DNA from: Entomortierella parvispora E1425
Taxonomy: Eukaryota; Fungi; Mortierellomycota
DNA length: 64,000 nucleotides
Assembly: GCA_020891255.1 (NCBI GenBank)
Contig: BQFW01000007.1
Location: forward strand, 2,480,001-2,544,000
Direction: 5' to 3'
Notes under the pieces: generated by a model
Database searches by the model: none
Told to the model about the DNA's origin: nothing
The model's input: the letters and a program-made list of their open reading frames with translations, nothing else
Part shown: piece by piece, positions 52,201 to 63,990 of the stretch
Layout: every line of letters starts with the position of its first letter
How positions within the stretch are numbered: the stretch's first letter is position 1
Position numbers and translations under genes: made by a program

Positions 52201-55200
52201 AGGCTTGTTCTGCTACGAGGAAGAGAATGGCAACCGTACCATCTTTGAGTTGTACTTCAAGTCTCTGGACCAGTCGAATCGGTACTGTCTTTGTGTGCGA
52301 ACACAGCACTATCCAACCCCCCCCGAAGATTTTGTCTTTGATCGGTTCGACTTTGCAGAGACTGGAATCTGGCATCATATTGTCTTTGTTCACAACAAGA
52401 CGATGAAGCTCATGGTGGATGGCTGTGTGATCCAGTCCTATGGAACATTCAACCAGCGTCGGCAGGAGAAGGAAGGTGGCATGATCGGCGTACTTGGCAG
52501 GAAAGGGCGTAACAGCATGTCAGCCCAGAGCACCCGACCAAAAGGATTATATGAGAACAAAGGACCGTCCTCTGTTCCAGGCTCAGTGTCCTCCAGGACT
52601 CAACAGGGACATGATGCAGGTGTACACTCGACTTTGAAGAGTGAGGTGACCGGCACCCAGGATCGCTCAACACTCACTCAGCCTTTGCAGGAGCAGTCAC
52701 TGGGATACTTTTGTGGGCAGGCAGGAAAGGTTCACTTTCTGCAAGGAGAGTGGGACCACGCAACGGCAGAAATGGTCTACAATCTGGGACCAGCCTCAAC
52801 AGAGTCTTGGAAAGCCTATGACATCAAGAGCCCCGTCATCGCCATTTTGGATCCAGAAGATTTCATTAATGAGCAAGAGAACGCCAGTGCGGCCCATTCA
52901 AACGAAGTTGCTCGACCTCTGTCTTCCTCCAGCACCGAGTCCCTCAAGTACGGTGCACTCCAAGGTGGATGTACGATTCACAAGACAAATGCAATGAGGA
53001 ATCTGATCGGCGAAATTGGAGGGATTCAGCTCTGCTTCCGCTTTTTGGAGATGATCCCGTCCCATTTGCAGCTCGTCGGTTTGCGCGTCATCTCCAATCT
53101 TCTCTACAAGTCACCTACCAACCTTGCTCAATTTCAAAATGAGCTGGATGGCTACGAGATTATGTACGAGTTGTTGCTCAACACTGCCTCAGAGCTTTCG
53201 GTTAGCCACTTTGGAGTTCTCTTTGATATTGCGATCAATGGGATGATCAAGGATGAGCATCTTATCCTCTCCAATATGCCTTGCGTGCAGCTTATCCTGC
53301 GCCTCTTGCCCCACACTGCGGACGCTGTTCAAGGCTACATTCTTCGTACCTTGGTGGATCTCCTTGTTGAGTCGCCTGAGAATATGAGGCTGTGGAGAGC
53401 ATCATTTGGAATGACAACCTTGTTTCAGCTTTTCAAGACCTTACCAGCACATCTTCGCCCGTTTCTGATGTGGACATTAGAGTCAATGATGGATGGTATG
53501 TCAGTGCAGGAGCTTGGTTTACTCATTGGATTTATCGGCCACGAGGAACCCGGCTTGTTTGAGGTCCGCAGGGACATCATCGAGATGCTGTTCAAGCGGA
53601 TGACGACAGACCATGGATTGGTAGGCTTGTTGGGCTCTGGACTGGAAGGTGTCACTGTCATGATTGGTCTACTGGACGCACCGAACGAGCACTTCAGGAT
53701 CCTGATTCTGAAGATGATCGGCATTCTACTCAGCGATAACTCAAAGTCTGGCAAAGCAGCACTGGACAAGCCCAATACAGGCATCGGTCTTATTCGGACG
53801 ACTCTGGAGAAATACCCATTGTCAATGGACGTGATTCAAGTTTTGCTTGGACTTGCTCAAAACAGCTATCGATGCGACCCCAACTATCGATCGACTGAAA
53901 AGGGCCCAGGCCTGTCAAGGAGAGCCTCGCAAAAGTCAACTACTTCCACCAATGCCCATCCACAACAGCAGCTGCATCTGAGTATGACCTCTGCCTCGAA
54001 GGACTCTTCTCTCATCAGTCCTTTGACCCCAGAAGGCAGCGATGCACGTGCTTCTGCTATTGAGTCCGGCTCTCAAGAGTCAGGGTCCCTTCTGGATGAA
54101 CCCTCCGTTGCGCCATCCTCTTCTGTTCCTTTGCAGGATGCGAGTGATGCGACTTTGTCTGGTCCACCTACGCCCCGGAAGCATGTCTACTCAAACAATG
54201 CCAACGCACCGTTTATCAAGATGAGCACTTTGCCATCCAAAGCCGTCATCATTCACAGCGCTCAGTCAGCATCAACAAGCCCCGCCCCCAACCCCCAAGC
54301 AACGGCGAGCACCAACAATCAAGTTTCCAGCGGAGGAGCCAAGATCACAGACGAATTGATGTATGCAAGCATGATTCGTTTGATCTTGGATCTGACAGGA
54401 TCCTTGCCCCATACGGATTTGGTTACCCATACGCTCACAGACTTGAAGAGGCTTATGACATCCGAGAACATGCGAATTCTCTGGGAAGCAGGCTGGGTGA
54501 ACTGGATAGGATCGTTCATGCTGGATAAGAGCCGAGTCCGAGTCACGTCCGCTGCCGAGAACTTGAGCTATAATAGAGCAATGGGGGTTCTGGATGGGAT
54601 GATGCAAAAGATGATGATCTTTGATTTGTCCCGGAAAGGATCCTTCACTGTCCGTAACAAGGGCTCTCTGGTTAGTCGGGATGAGGATGTGGGCGTTCAA
54701 CTGCGTTTGACCGAGGCAGCTCTGGCCTGGTTTGACAAGAACCCCAACCTGGATACAGACGCGGCCAATGTGATCTGCAAGGGACTCGTGATCCTTTTCC
54801 GACGATTGGAAGAACTCTCTCGAAAGTTTGAAGAGAAGCAGCGCCAGGCCGAGAAAGCTCGCCAGGAGGCGTTCGAGCGTGAGAAAGCTCATGAGGCCCA
54901 GCTGCGAATCCAGGAACTGGAGCGGGAACGTTTAGCACTTGAGGCAGTTTCTTCAGCGTTGAGCGGAGTACTCGACAGCATGGGGGATTCTGGACAGAAC
55001 GATGAGTCCGACTCCAGGTCTGCGTTCTTGAAAGCGGACGAGGGTGATACGGATGCCGAGGAGATTTCCATTATGGATCGACCAGGTCCTGGAGGCACAT
55101 CTCTCTCACTCTCTGGTTCCACGTCGCCCACTTGCTCTAGCTCCTCAACCCTCTCATTACCGCATTCAACTCTTTCGGCAGCAGCCCCTATTGGCCACCA

Positions 55201-56056
55201 AGGTTCGCGAGAGTCTTTTGAATCACAGGCAACTTCCAGATCGCACTCTGCCAACCCACATTTACCCTCGCATCATCAGCAACAGCAGTACGCACATCCG
55301 CAACCACGCCGGCCTCGTCCCCAAGGCCGCCGTCAGCATCCTCAGTTCCGATCTACTGCCGCCAATGGATCGCATTCAAACTCGTCAACACCTCCACCAC
55401 CTTTTGAGAGCGGTAGCGCTAATAGCAGCAGCTACATGATTCATCACTCACAGCAGGCACACGAGGTTGCTCTGAGCGTGGGTGGTGGCATCATTTGGCC
55501 TCCCTTGGGTCTCTATGAGCATTTTGCCAGCTGCATCAACAACCTAGCTTGCTACAACAACTCGGCGATCCGCACAGCTATGAAATCAAGCGGGCTGTTC
55601 AAGATCCGTGACAACCTGATTGAGAAGCTGGGTAGTACGGATGGAGGTGCTATGAGTGTCGCAAGATTGAACGGCGGCACCACCGCTCCAGGCGGACCTG
55701 GGTTTGGAAACCCATATATTTATCATCCTCAGCCGCAGCACCCATCACCGATCCTGGGAGGATCCTTGTTAGCAGGCGGACCTCAGAACCAATTTGTCAG
55801 ACCCTCTACCTCCTCCTCTTCATCCTCTACACACCTCGATTCGGACGGCAACTCTCAGCAGGATGCACAGAGTGGCCATGGTCACCAGACTCAGACCAGC
55901 CACCGCACGAATCTCAGCTCGTCCGCTCCCTCCTCGGCACCAATGACTAGTAGAAAGGGTGGCAGTGGGAGCTCTGGGGGCCGGAAGCGTTCAAGTCAAT
56001 TACAACAACAGCAAGCTCGATCTGGACTTGGGCTGGCGTTCCCCTCCGTGATCTAG
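46263..56056 (+). CDS. Very large ARM-repeat protein with a neurobeachin/LRBA-like LamG (ConA) region and no BEACH/WD40; 5' end uncertain
   Basis: Multi-exon ARM-like N-terminal half, then a 1829-aa terminal ORF with YFNFNG, GYTVSVWVK, WHHIVFVH..LMVDG and GCTIHKT..IGEIGGIQ. Ends at a TAG followed by a T-rich 3'UTR. Confidence 0.65.
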
Positions 56057-56984
56057 TTTTTTTTTCTTCTTCTTTCTTCCTTTTCTTTTCACCTCTTTTT
56101 TTCTCTCCTCTTTCTTTCATTCTTGTTTTTTGTCCTTTTGCTTCCCGATCTTTTTATTCTTTACCCACCTTCTAATTAATTTTATTTTTGTGCAATAATA
56201 TGATCCTTGCTTATTTATCTACTTGAGTCTCGTTGTTCAATGCATGATGGTGTTTTGTTTTGCCAATGGATGAGTGAAAAATGACAAATACAGTGTCAAA
56301 GAGGATCAGGCGGGTGTGTTTCAGGGTCTCTTTCCCTTCAGTGATTGAAAGGCACCTCTATGGAACAGGCACATCGGTTCTGTTGAGGTCTGGGTCTTCA
56401 ACCTTGACATAGGGTAGAAAACTGAAGATCCAGACTCTGTAAAGAAGGAGACTGCACTGAATCGTCTTGATCGATCATAGAAAGCAAGATCGTGCTGCAA
56501 TTCAGCCATAAGGACTGTGTCTTAATTGCTCCGTCTTCTGAAGAGGATCGTTGCTCCCAGGCCTGTCTCTGTGATCTGCGTGTCTGTAGGGTACCTTTTG
56601 TAACGACAGTTGGGGCATACATGCTCAGATCCTTCATTCATGACCTCTATGCATTTGTCCACATGAGGGAAAGAACGAGAGCCCCTGTCCCGACCGCCCA
56701 CAGTGCCATGTCTTTGGTCAGACAAAGAAACCCAAGTCCGACCATTCACATCCACGGATCAGGCTCAATTTAAGTTGTACAACTTGTACCAGGGCCGGTG
56801 CCTCGTTTCTCATCCCGCTTGTGGCATTCATGTAATGAGGTTGATTTCAAAGAGGGTCTTTTGTGTCCCTCTGTTATTGATATCTTTTAATTGGAAAGTC
56901 GTGAATAAAAAAGAAAGAAAAAAAACCAGCCTTGGTTAAAATTGTATGGAGGAGAATGTCTTTGAAGAGTTGATGTGGAAAGCA

Positions 56985-57170
56985 AAGCCCAATGTTAACC
57001 CAATATACCAGTTTTCCGATGTTTGGTATGAGTGTTGATGACCCCGTGGCGGTATCTTTGCATGGCCATGGCGTAACGTTCTCCAAAGAGAAGCACCCAT
57101 GTTCTCGAACTCCCCCAAAAGGAGTCCGCACACGTAACCTGGCAGCGATTCAACATCCACCGGCAACCTG
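56985..57170. repeat. Dispersed degenerate repeat, copy A (possible pseudogene exon)
   Basis: ccaatataccagt..tgagtgttgatgaccccgtggcggtatctt..aacatccaccggcaac aligns by eye with 57245-57325 and 61981-62155. Confidence 0.85.
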
Positions 57171-57244
57171 AAGTACCCGCTCGCTAAATTAAGGAAGGAA
57201 AAGTGTGTGGAAAGTATTTTTGCTGTGCACTGGAGAGAGGCTGT

Positions 57245-57325
57245 GAGTGTTGATGACCCCGTGGCGCTATCTTTGCGTGGCCATGGCGTACTCTTTCTCG
57301 AAGAAGAAGTGCACCCTTGATCTCA
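57245..57325. repeat. Dispersed degenerate repeat, copy B (partial)
   Basis: tgagtgttgatgaccccgtggcgctatctttgcgtggccatggcgta is near-identical to copy A. Confidence 0.85.
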
Positions 57326-57589
57326 GATCTGGAGGGCGTCGGAGAGGGAATGTAGTGATGCGGGAAGAAAGAAAAATGAAGGAAAAAGGAAACAGAATCA
57401 TGGCCACAGATCTGTATGAAGAAGGAGGGGAAGAGAGACGCTGTTAATATGTGGAGTGGAAAGCAAGAAAGGTCAAGAGTTTCAAACTTGCCTTTTGGTG
57501 TGCCTGTTTGACAGCTTGGATGCAGGATCGAAAGAGATAAAAAAAACTGCTACGATAGAGGGTTTCTTGGCCGCTGTGCTCACTGTTTT

Positions 57590-58965
57590 GAGAGGAAGAC
57601 GATCTTGAGGCCGAGGCTTGAGTCTGACGAGGCGAGAGGTCTTGCGTCCAAAGATAAGTCAAGGAGGGAAGACAACATCAACACCAGGGCTTGAGCCAGA
57701 GGAGGTAGGCGGTCTTGTGGCCAAGGTAGAGCTAGAGGAGGCGGTGGTCTTGTAGCCAAAGTCGAGTGTGGGAAGGCAGACAACTTTAAAGCCATGCTGG
57801 GGCCAGAAGAGGAGCGGACCGAGGTTGAAGAGTCGATGTCGCAGGAGCGGAGAGACCGGGGTCAGCGCTGAGAGTATCATGAAGGCACCGTTGCTGGCCA
57901 GAAGGAAGAAGGCAGCATGGTGGAGTGTGTGCTTCGTGTATGTGGAAGGTGGGCGAAGGTGGGCGAAGTGGAGAAGATGAGTTCAAAAAAAAGTGGGGGG
58001 CCAGGCTGCATATGTATGAGAGAAGAGTTGACTGCTTTCACTTGTCAGCTTGTTCGACTGCGCTCATCGACAGAGATGACAACAACACGAGGACACAAGG
58101 GAAGGAAGCCACACGGGATCGCGAGGACGCGTTATTTTGCCATGAAGGATGAAAATTGGCCAATATTTTTACCAAATTTCCCAAATTTGAGACAAAAACG
58201 CGTCCCCGTCCACCACGCCTTGCGTTCTTTCATCCACGGCAGTCCACCACACTCTGTAATCGCATCCACGCCGCAGTCGATAAGTGACAGTCAACTCTTT
58301 TCTCATACAAATACAGCTTGGTCCACCATTTTTTTTCGTCATCCTTCTTCTCTTCACTCTACTCCACTCCCTTTCTACACACTCAAAGCACACAAATCAC
58401 ACACACTCCACCATGCTGCCTTCTGCCTTCTGGACAACAACAGCAGAGTCCTCATGAAACCCTTCGCCTTCTGGCTTCATCTTACGACATCAACTCACGC
58501 CCTTGACGCTGTCTTACCCTCCCAGGTCCCACTTTGGCCGCAAGTCCGCCTTCCTCTTCTGGCTCAAGCATGGCCTTGAAGTCGTCTGCCCTTCCTTGCT
58601 TGACTTTGGCAGCAAGAACGCCTTCCTCTTCTGACTCAAGACTCGCCCTCGAAGCTGTCTGCCTTCCCCGGCCCGACTGGTGCCACAAGACCGCCGGTCC
58701 CCTCTGGCCCTACTTTGGCCTCAAAACTGCTTGCCTTCTCTGGCCTAAGACTTGGCCTTGGCGTGGCCCGCCCTCTCTGGCTTGACTTTGGCCACACGGT
58801 CGCCTGCCTCCTCAGCCCCAAGCCTCGGCCTTGACGTTGTCCGCCCTTCCAGACTCTACTTTGGCTACATAACCGACCGCCTCCCCTGGCTCAAGACTCG
58901 GCCTTGAAGTCATCCGCTCGACTTTGGCCGCAAGACCTCCCGCCTCCTCTGACTCAAGCCCAGGT
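57590..58965. repeat. Large imperfect inverted repeat (palindrome) centred near 58165
   Basis: Left arm ccagaaggaagaaggcagcatggtggagtgtgtg and aaaagtgggggccaggctgcatatgtatgagagaagagttgactg match the reverse complement of 58285-58435. Matching landmarks are symmetric about 58165. Confidence 0.9.
58127..58203. promoter_or_regulatory. Pair of ACGCGT (MCB-like) boxes placed symmetrically in a putative bidirectional promoter
   Basis: ggACGCGTtattttg at 58127-58132 and caaaaACGCGTcc at 58198-58203, in inverted orientation. Confidence 0.35.
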
Positions 58966-59170
58966 ACTGAATGAGATTGTGTGCTTTCCGGGGATCATGA
59001 TGGATACAAAAAAGACTTGTAAACCATCGAATCCTCGGGCCACAGGACACTACCTGCAAAACTGCCTGCTTCTGCAAGTGCAAGGCCAGGTACTGAATGA
59101 GATTGTAGCGCCTTCCAAGCTGGAGTTGGCGACAAGAAAAACTTGTCAGCCTTCAAGTGCTTGATGCGGG
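58525..59170 (+). repeat. Degenerate ~73-nt minisatellite (with ~36-nt half unit); reverse-complement copy at about 57600-57800
   Basis: The actttggc anchor recurs at spacings of 72, 73, 36, 73, 73 and about 63 nt. A 126-nt duplication (ccaggtactgaatgagattgt) occurs at 58960 and 59086. Confidence 0.85.
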
Positions 59171-61980
59171 GGCCCACATGACCACTACTTGTGAACCTTC
59201 AAGGCTTTGTGCTCAAGAGAGATAGTGGGTATGGTCGACAAGAGCGACCCTTCCTCGGTCGTTTGTCCTCCCTTTTGATCCTGGGCCAACAGGCAAGTTC
59301 ACTTCTTTTTCAAAGCTTTCTTTTTGCGATGACAAGCAGATATTCACCGGGTTTCCCTTCTTTCTTTCCTTTCTCATCTAGATCTTTGGCCGCCTTTTCG
59401 CTACTCCTCTTCTAGTCTCTTTATTCATATTTTACAAATAAAAATATTAAAAAAGAAAAAAAAAGGGAAGCTATTTGAAAAGGGGAAAAGGACTCCTCTC
59501 TTTTGACATCATCTTCTTCTGTCTGTGTTATGAATGCTCTGAAATGCAATGTCTGGAGTAGAACGAGAAAAGAGAGCACTGACCATGGCTCGAACATCAA
59601 AACTAAAATAAGATCGGGGCTGATCTTCGACCTGTATCGATGAAGCTATGAGATGTGCCAGCCAGTGGATATGTCTCTCTAATCTCCAAGAAGTGATGGG
59701 CATCGGGTGACAATAAAACGTCGGGCTGTTTGCGCTTTTTCTCATGTCAACAAATGATGAAGTGTCACAACATGCATACATGGCAAGAGATGGAGAGTGG
59801 AAGCAAGAGAGCCACAAAGACAGACAGCCTCGCCCAGATCTGAGCCCATTCATTCTTCCCTATGAACGGTAAACATGTTCTTGGAGAGGATCGGACTCTC
59901 TAAACCCCCATTTGCACGAGTCTTTTCTGTTTTGAGGTTACCCTGCAGCCTGCCTTCATTGTATTCCCATTATTCAGCACCTGCACATAGTAAATGGCTC
60001 AAAGTCTTTTATTCCTGACAGAAGTAGAGCAAGGGAGATAAAAACAAGAAGATAACTCCATGTTGCCAATATCCTGTGGGGAGGCTCAGCACTGCTGTAG
60101 CAACTTTCGTTTAATATCATCGAGACAATTCACGTCCGTGGTCTTTGCGTCAATGGCCATTTCAAATGGACATCCAACTTACCATCGTCCTCTTCCGTTA
60201 CTCTCCACTAACATACAGAGGAACCAAAGCGTTGTAGGCACCACAGGGTTCCAAGCAACACAAATCAGGGGGTCTTGTTGATTCTCAGACGACAGCTACG
60301 CAAGTTCATATTGGGATCGAATCAAGGGATTACCTCTTCTAAACTGAGAAGGTCGAGTCCAATGCTCCTGAATCGATCCAGTTATATCTCCAGATCAAGC
60401 ACTGAGCTCCACCGGTGTATCTCTTCAGATGAGTCGGTTTTCTTAGAATCCAAGTCCCAAGCATAGATGTGAGTCCCAAGCTTTGACTGCCTCTCCGCCG
60501 TCTCCTGTTACGAGCCATCGATTATTTGGTGAATGTGGTCACACGCCCAAACATCTTTTGGGGGAGCGTTACTCTCTGTGCTCGACACCGGGTCCAAGAA
60601 CCTGAAGTCACCGAAATAGTTATTTAGTTCCCGTCGGGCGAGCGCGCTGCTTTGTCAAACTTGGACTATAGCTGGGAGTATCTTGCCTCTGCATCCTACT
60701 CCTGGACAGACTCGTCGATATTGCCAGCGAAGATGGACTTGCCATCCGACGAATCCGTAGCAGTCGTTAGAGATCCTGTGCATCCTTGCTCCTGAGGCTC
60801 GCCTTTGCGTACTGAATCGTTCCTCAGTTCCTCAGTTCCCAAATTCGCGTCGTGATTGTTCCAAAATACACTACGCTGAAGTTTGTTGGAACGATCTAGG
60901 GGGTGATCCCCAAAATCTGGTAGCCCATCCTAGACTCCCCGATGCTATCTGTTGCACGTCCGGAAACCATGCGACAGTCTGATAGATCCTGGCGACAGCT
61001 AGGACAGAGGAGTTGAGTTTTTCACCGATCACATCTCGATGATCCTGATCACTTGAAATGATGATACCCAACTAAAGGAATTCCGTCTGCACATGCTGGA
61101 CGACGAGCCACTACAAAAGTCCTACGTCCAAGATACTGATCTTGTCAAACTAGCTCGTGAAGCATCGGAGGAGCACCTAAAAAATTACAGATACTAATTT
61201 GTAGTATACATGGTTGTTGGTGTCACTGGTCCACATTATTATCAATGAGCTTGCTCCCCACTTGGACTCAAGATAGTGTCCAAGAGGACCAATAGGAGCG
61301 AGGAGGAATGTTCGGAGCGAACGGTAGATATGAAGAGACGCGAAATTTGATAAAATGACATGAGCCAACAATGATGGTTGACCAGTTGTCATGGCTCGAG
61401 CCGCGGTGAAAGCAGGGTTGGTGGCAACAAGTGGATGGCTTTTCTCACCACGTGGCATGCGTGGCATTCAACAATGCGCGGCATCGCCATCTCGTTGTTC
61501 GCGAAATGAAAAAAAGAGATCCCTCGCGACGAGTGAATATCTACGTTTGTCGTACTCGCTGCAATTCCTCCCTTTATCGCACCTGCTACATTGCAGTAAA
61601 TACGATTTTAGGTAGACATCTTCCTAAAATCGCCATTGCTGCGACACCAAATCGTTCCGTCGGTGCGCGTTGCAAAAAACCATTCTCGCATTCAAAACGG
61701 GACGTGGAGTCAATGACATGTGAGTCGCGGCCAGCATGGACCAGTTGAGCTCTCACTGGAGGAAGCGCTTTTTCAGACAACAGTTTAGTGAACACACAGA
61801 AAGATCGCAGGCGATGCCTTACTTCTTGTGCAACAGGACCACTAACACAGTGCGGTAGAGCGGCCCTGCCACTAGCCTTTGCCAACATCGAGATGGTACT
61901 TGTGCTATCTTCCTGTGGTCGCTTGATCGCATGAATAAAGAGAGAAAGCAAGAGTGCTGTGGAAGGAAGTACGTTGAACT

Positions 61981-62155
61981 AAACCCGATGTAATCCAATA
62001 TACCAGTCTTCTGATGTGTGGTATGAGTGTTGATGGCTCCGTGGCGGTATCTTCATATGGCCACGGATCACATATCCAAAAAAAGTACCCATGTCCTCGA
62101 ACCTTCAAGGAGTCCATATACGCAACCTGGTAATCGCCCAGCATCCACCGACAAC
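61981..62155. repeat. Dispersed degenerate repeat, copy C (possible pseudogene exon)
   Basis: ccaatataccagtcttctgatgtgtggtatgagtgttgatggctccgtggcggtatctt aligns with copy A in the same orientation. Confidence 0.85.
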
Positions 62156-63092
62156 ACGAGAGAGAAAAAGAGAGAGAGAAAGGTTCCCAGATGCATCTCT
62201 ACGGGTCGAATATGTGAGACACGATCTCTCGAAAGAATCAATCATTGAAATGGCGATCACATCGCTCCAGGCAAACAAAATGCCATGTATACGCCAATGG
62301 TGCAAGGTTACCGGGATTTGTGTAGCTTTGCGTACTTCCAGATAAGAGTCTGCATTCTCTTTATTGTATTCTATCAAGTATTTCACCGCAATGTCCCAAT
62401 CCTACCTCGGAAAAGGAATAGTTGGATGGTATGCCATTGTGTCGTTCAGGACCTTGAGCTGTATATCGCCTTAATCAATTGGTTGCCTCCACAACAAAGG
62501 GATGTATCGGCCTGCAATATGTCTTTTGTGCTTGCGTGCTTGCGTGTATTTTACATGGCATCTTTTTCTTTTTTGTTTTTGTCCACTCTTATTCTTTGAT
62601 GATATTTTTAATACAATTTTTTTTTCTTTTCATTTTTTAATCCCTTATTACTCTTTTTTATCCTCTTCCCCTCATATTTTCCTATTGTATTTTTTCCCAC
62701 AGCCCACATCCCGAATCCATGAAAAGTGGCGTTGTTCGAGAGGAACACCTTCTGTGAATCCTGGGGACCCAAGATAGTAGAGAGTCTTGAGTGATACCTC
62801 CGTTGTAACAAAGATATCACAAAGTATCCATCTACTCCTCTTGATGATTGAAAAAGGTAAAAGGTAGAAAAATAATCGAAGGGCAAAGTTGAAAAAGTTG
62901 AAAGGAGTCCTCAAAAAGTCGAAAAGGAACTGTTCCTGACAGTCCATGAATCCGAAAATGCGAAGGATGCCGCTCATATAGTAAAAATTGATCCTCGTCC
63001 TGAAAGAACACGCCGACATCCTGCGCCCCAGTTGCTACAAAAAACCAAATAACCCGTCAGCAACCTCCCTCTTGAACACCTCTCTCGCACTC

Positions 63093-63990
63093 TTAGTATG
63101 GAGCATAGTATCCTCCGCGAGCTCCACGGCCACGTCTAAGATGTAATAAATAAAAAACATCTGGTGATCAGTAGAGTGACTCCGTCAACAGCTGTCCCAC
63201 GAACAATTGCTCTGTACAGTCTATCTTACCCTCGACCGCGGAATCCGCCGCCGTATGGTGGAGGGCCACCGTACATGGGTGGGGCACCGTATCCGCCTCC
63301 ATAAGCGCCGTGGCCAGCAAAGCCTCCACGGTAACCTCCACGACCACGACCACGACCACGAGCAGCCATTCCAGGAACGTTTGTGCGCTTGGGTGTAACC
63401 TTAATCAGACGGGCACGGAACAGGGACTCGTTCAAAACCATGGCATTGGCGACAGATGCGGGGTCAGCAAACTCCACGTAGGCGTATCCCTTGGGCTGTC
63501 CAGTCCACTTGTCGCAGAGAATGGTGATACGGTTGATGGTGCCGCACGACTGGAAGTGAGCCTGAATTTCCTCGGGTGTTGATCCCCAGTCCACGTTACC
63601 AACATATACTGAGCGAGAATCAACAGCCTCCTTATCTAAACAGAATGAAAGCAATAAAAGCAGCAGTTGTCAGCTCTCTAATCGAGTTACATCCTGCTGC
63701 TACATGATTGACATCCAGATATGTACCTTCTTCGGCCATGTTCATGTCCTTCTCAGCCTGAGCTTGCATTTCGCGGAGCTTGGCAGCCTCGGCCTCCATC
63801 TCCTTCACACGCTGCTTCATAGCCTCGATCTCCTAATGAAATGTAACAACTGAGTGGTCAAAATCTAGAGCATCCCCGATGGTAGACATTCCATGTCAGG
63901 GCCACGCCCCCATACCTCATCACCGACATCGTTGTCGTTGGCGTCGATATCAGCGACGGCGTTGTCGATATGTGCCTCCTCTGCGGACAT
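63093..63990 (-). CDS. PAB2: Nuclear poly(A)-binding protein (PABPN1/Pab2)
   Basis: [19 protein letters not shown] coiled coil; [32 protein letters not shown]; RGG tail ending YYAPY*. Four exons. Confidence 0.95.

Noticed and set aside
57590-59170. CRISPR-like array
   Set aside because: Eukaryotic context, degenerate contiguous units with no unique spacers, and no cas genes.
59500-61200. Apparent decayed long ORF on the minus strand with C-to-T-type stops
   Set aside because: About 5 stops in 135 codons is what random sequence gives, so there is no real evidence of coding or RIP-like decay.
542-63990. Enrichment of RNA-metabolism genes (TFG2, DIS3L, MED5, NRP1, PAB2) as a functional cluster
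   Set aside because: They are interspersed with unrelated genes and such categories are common genome-wide.
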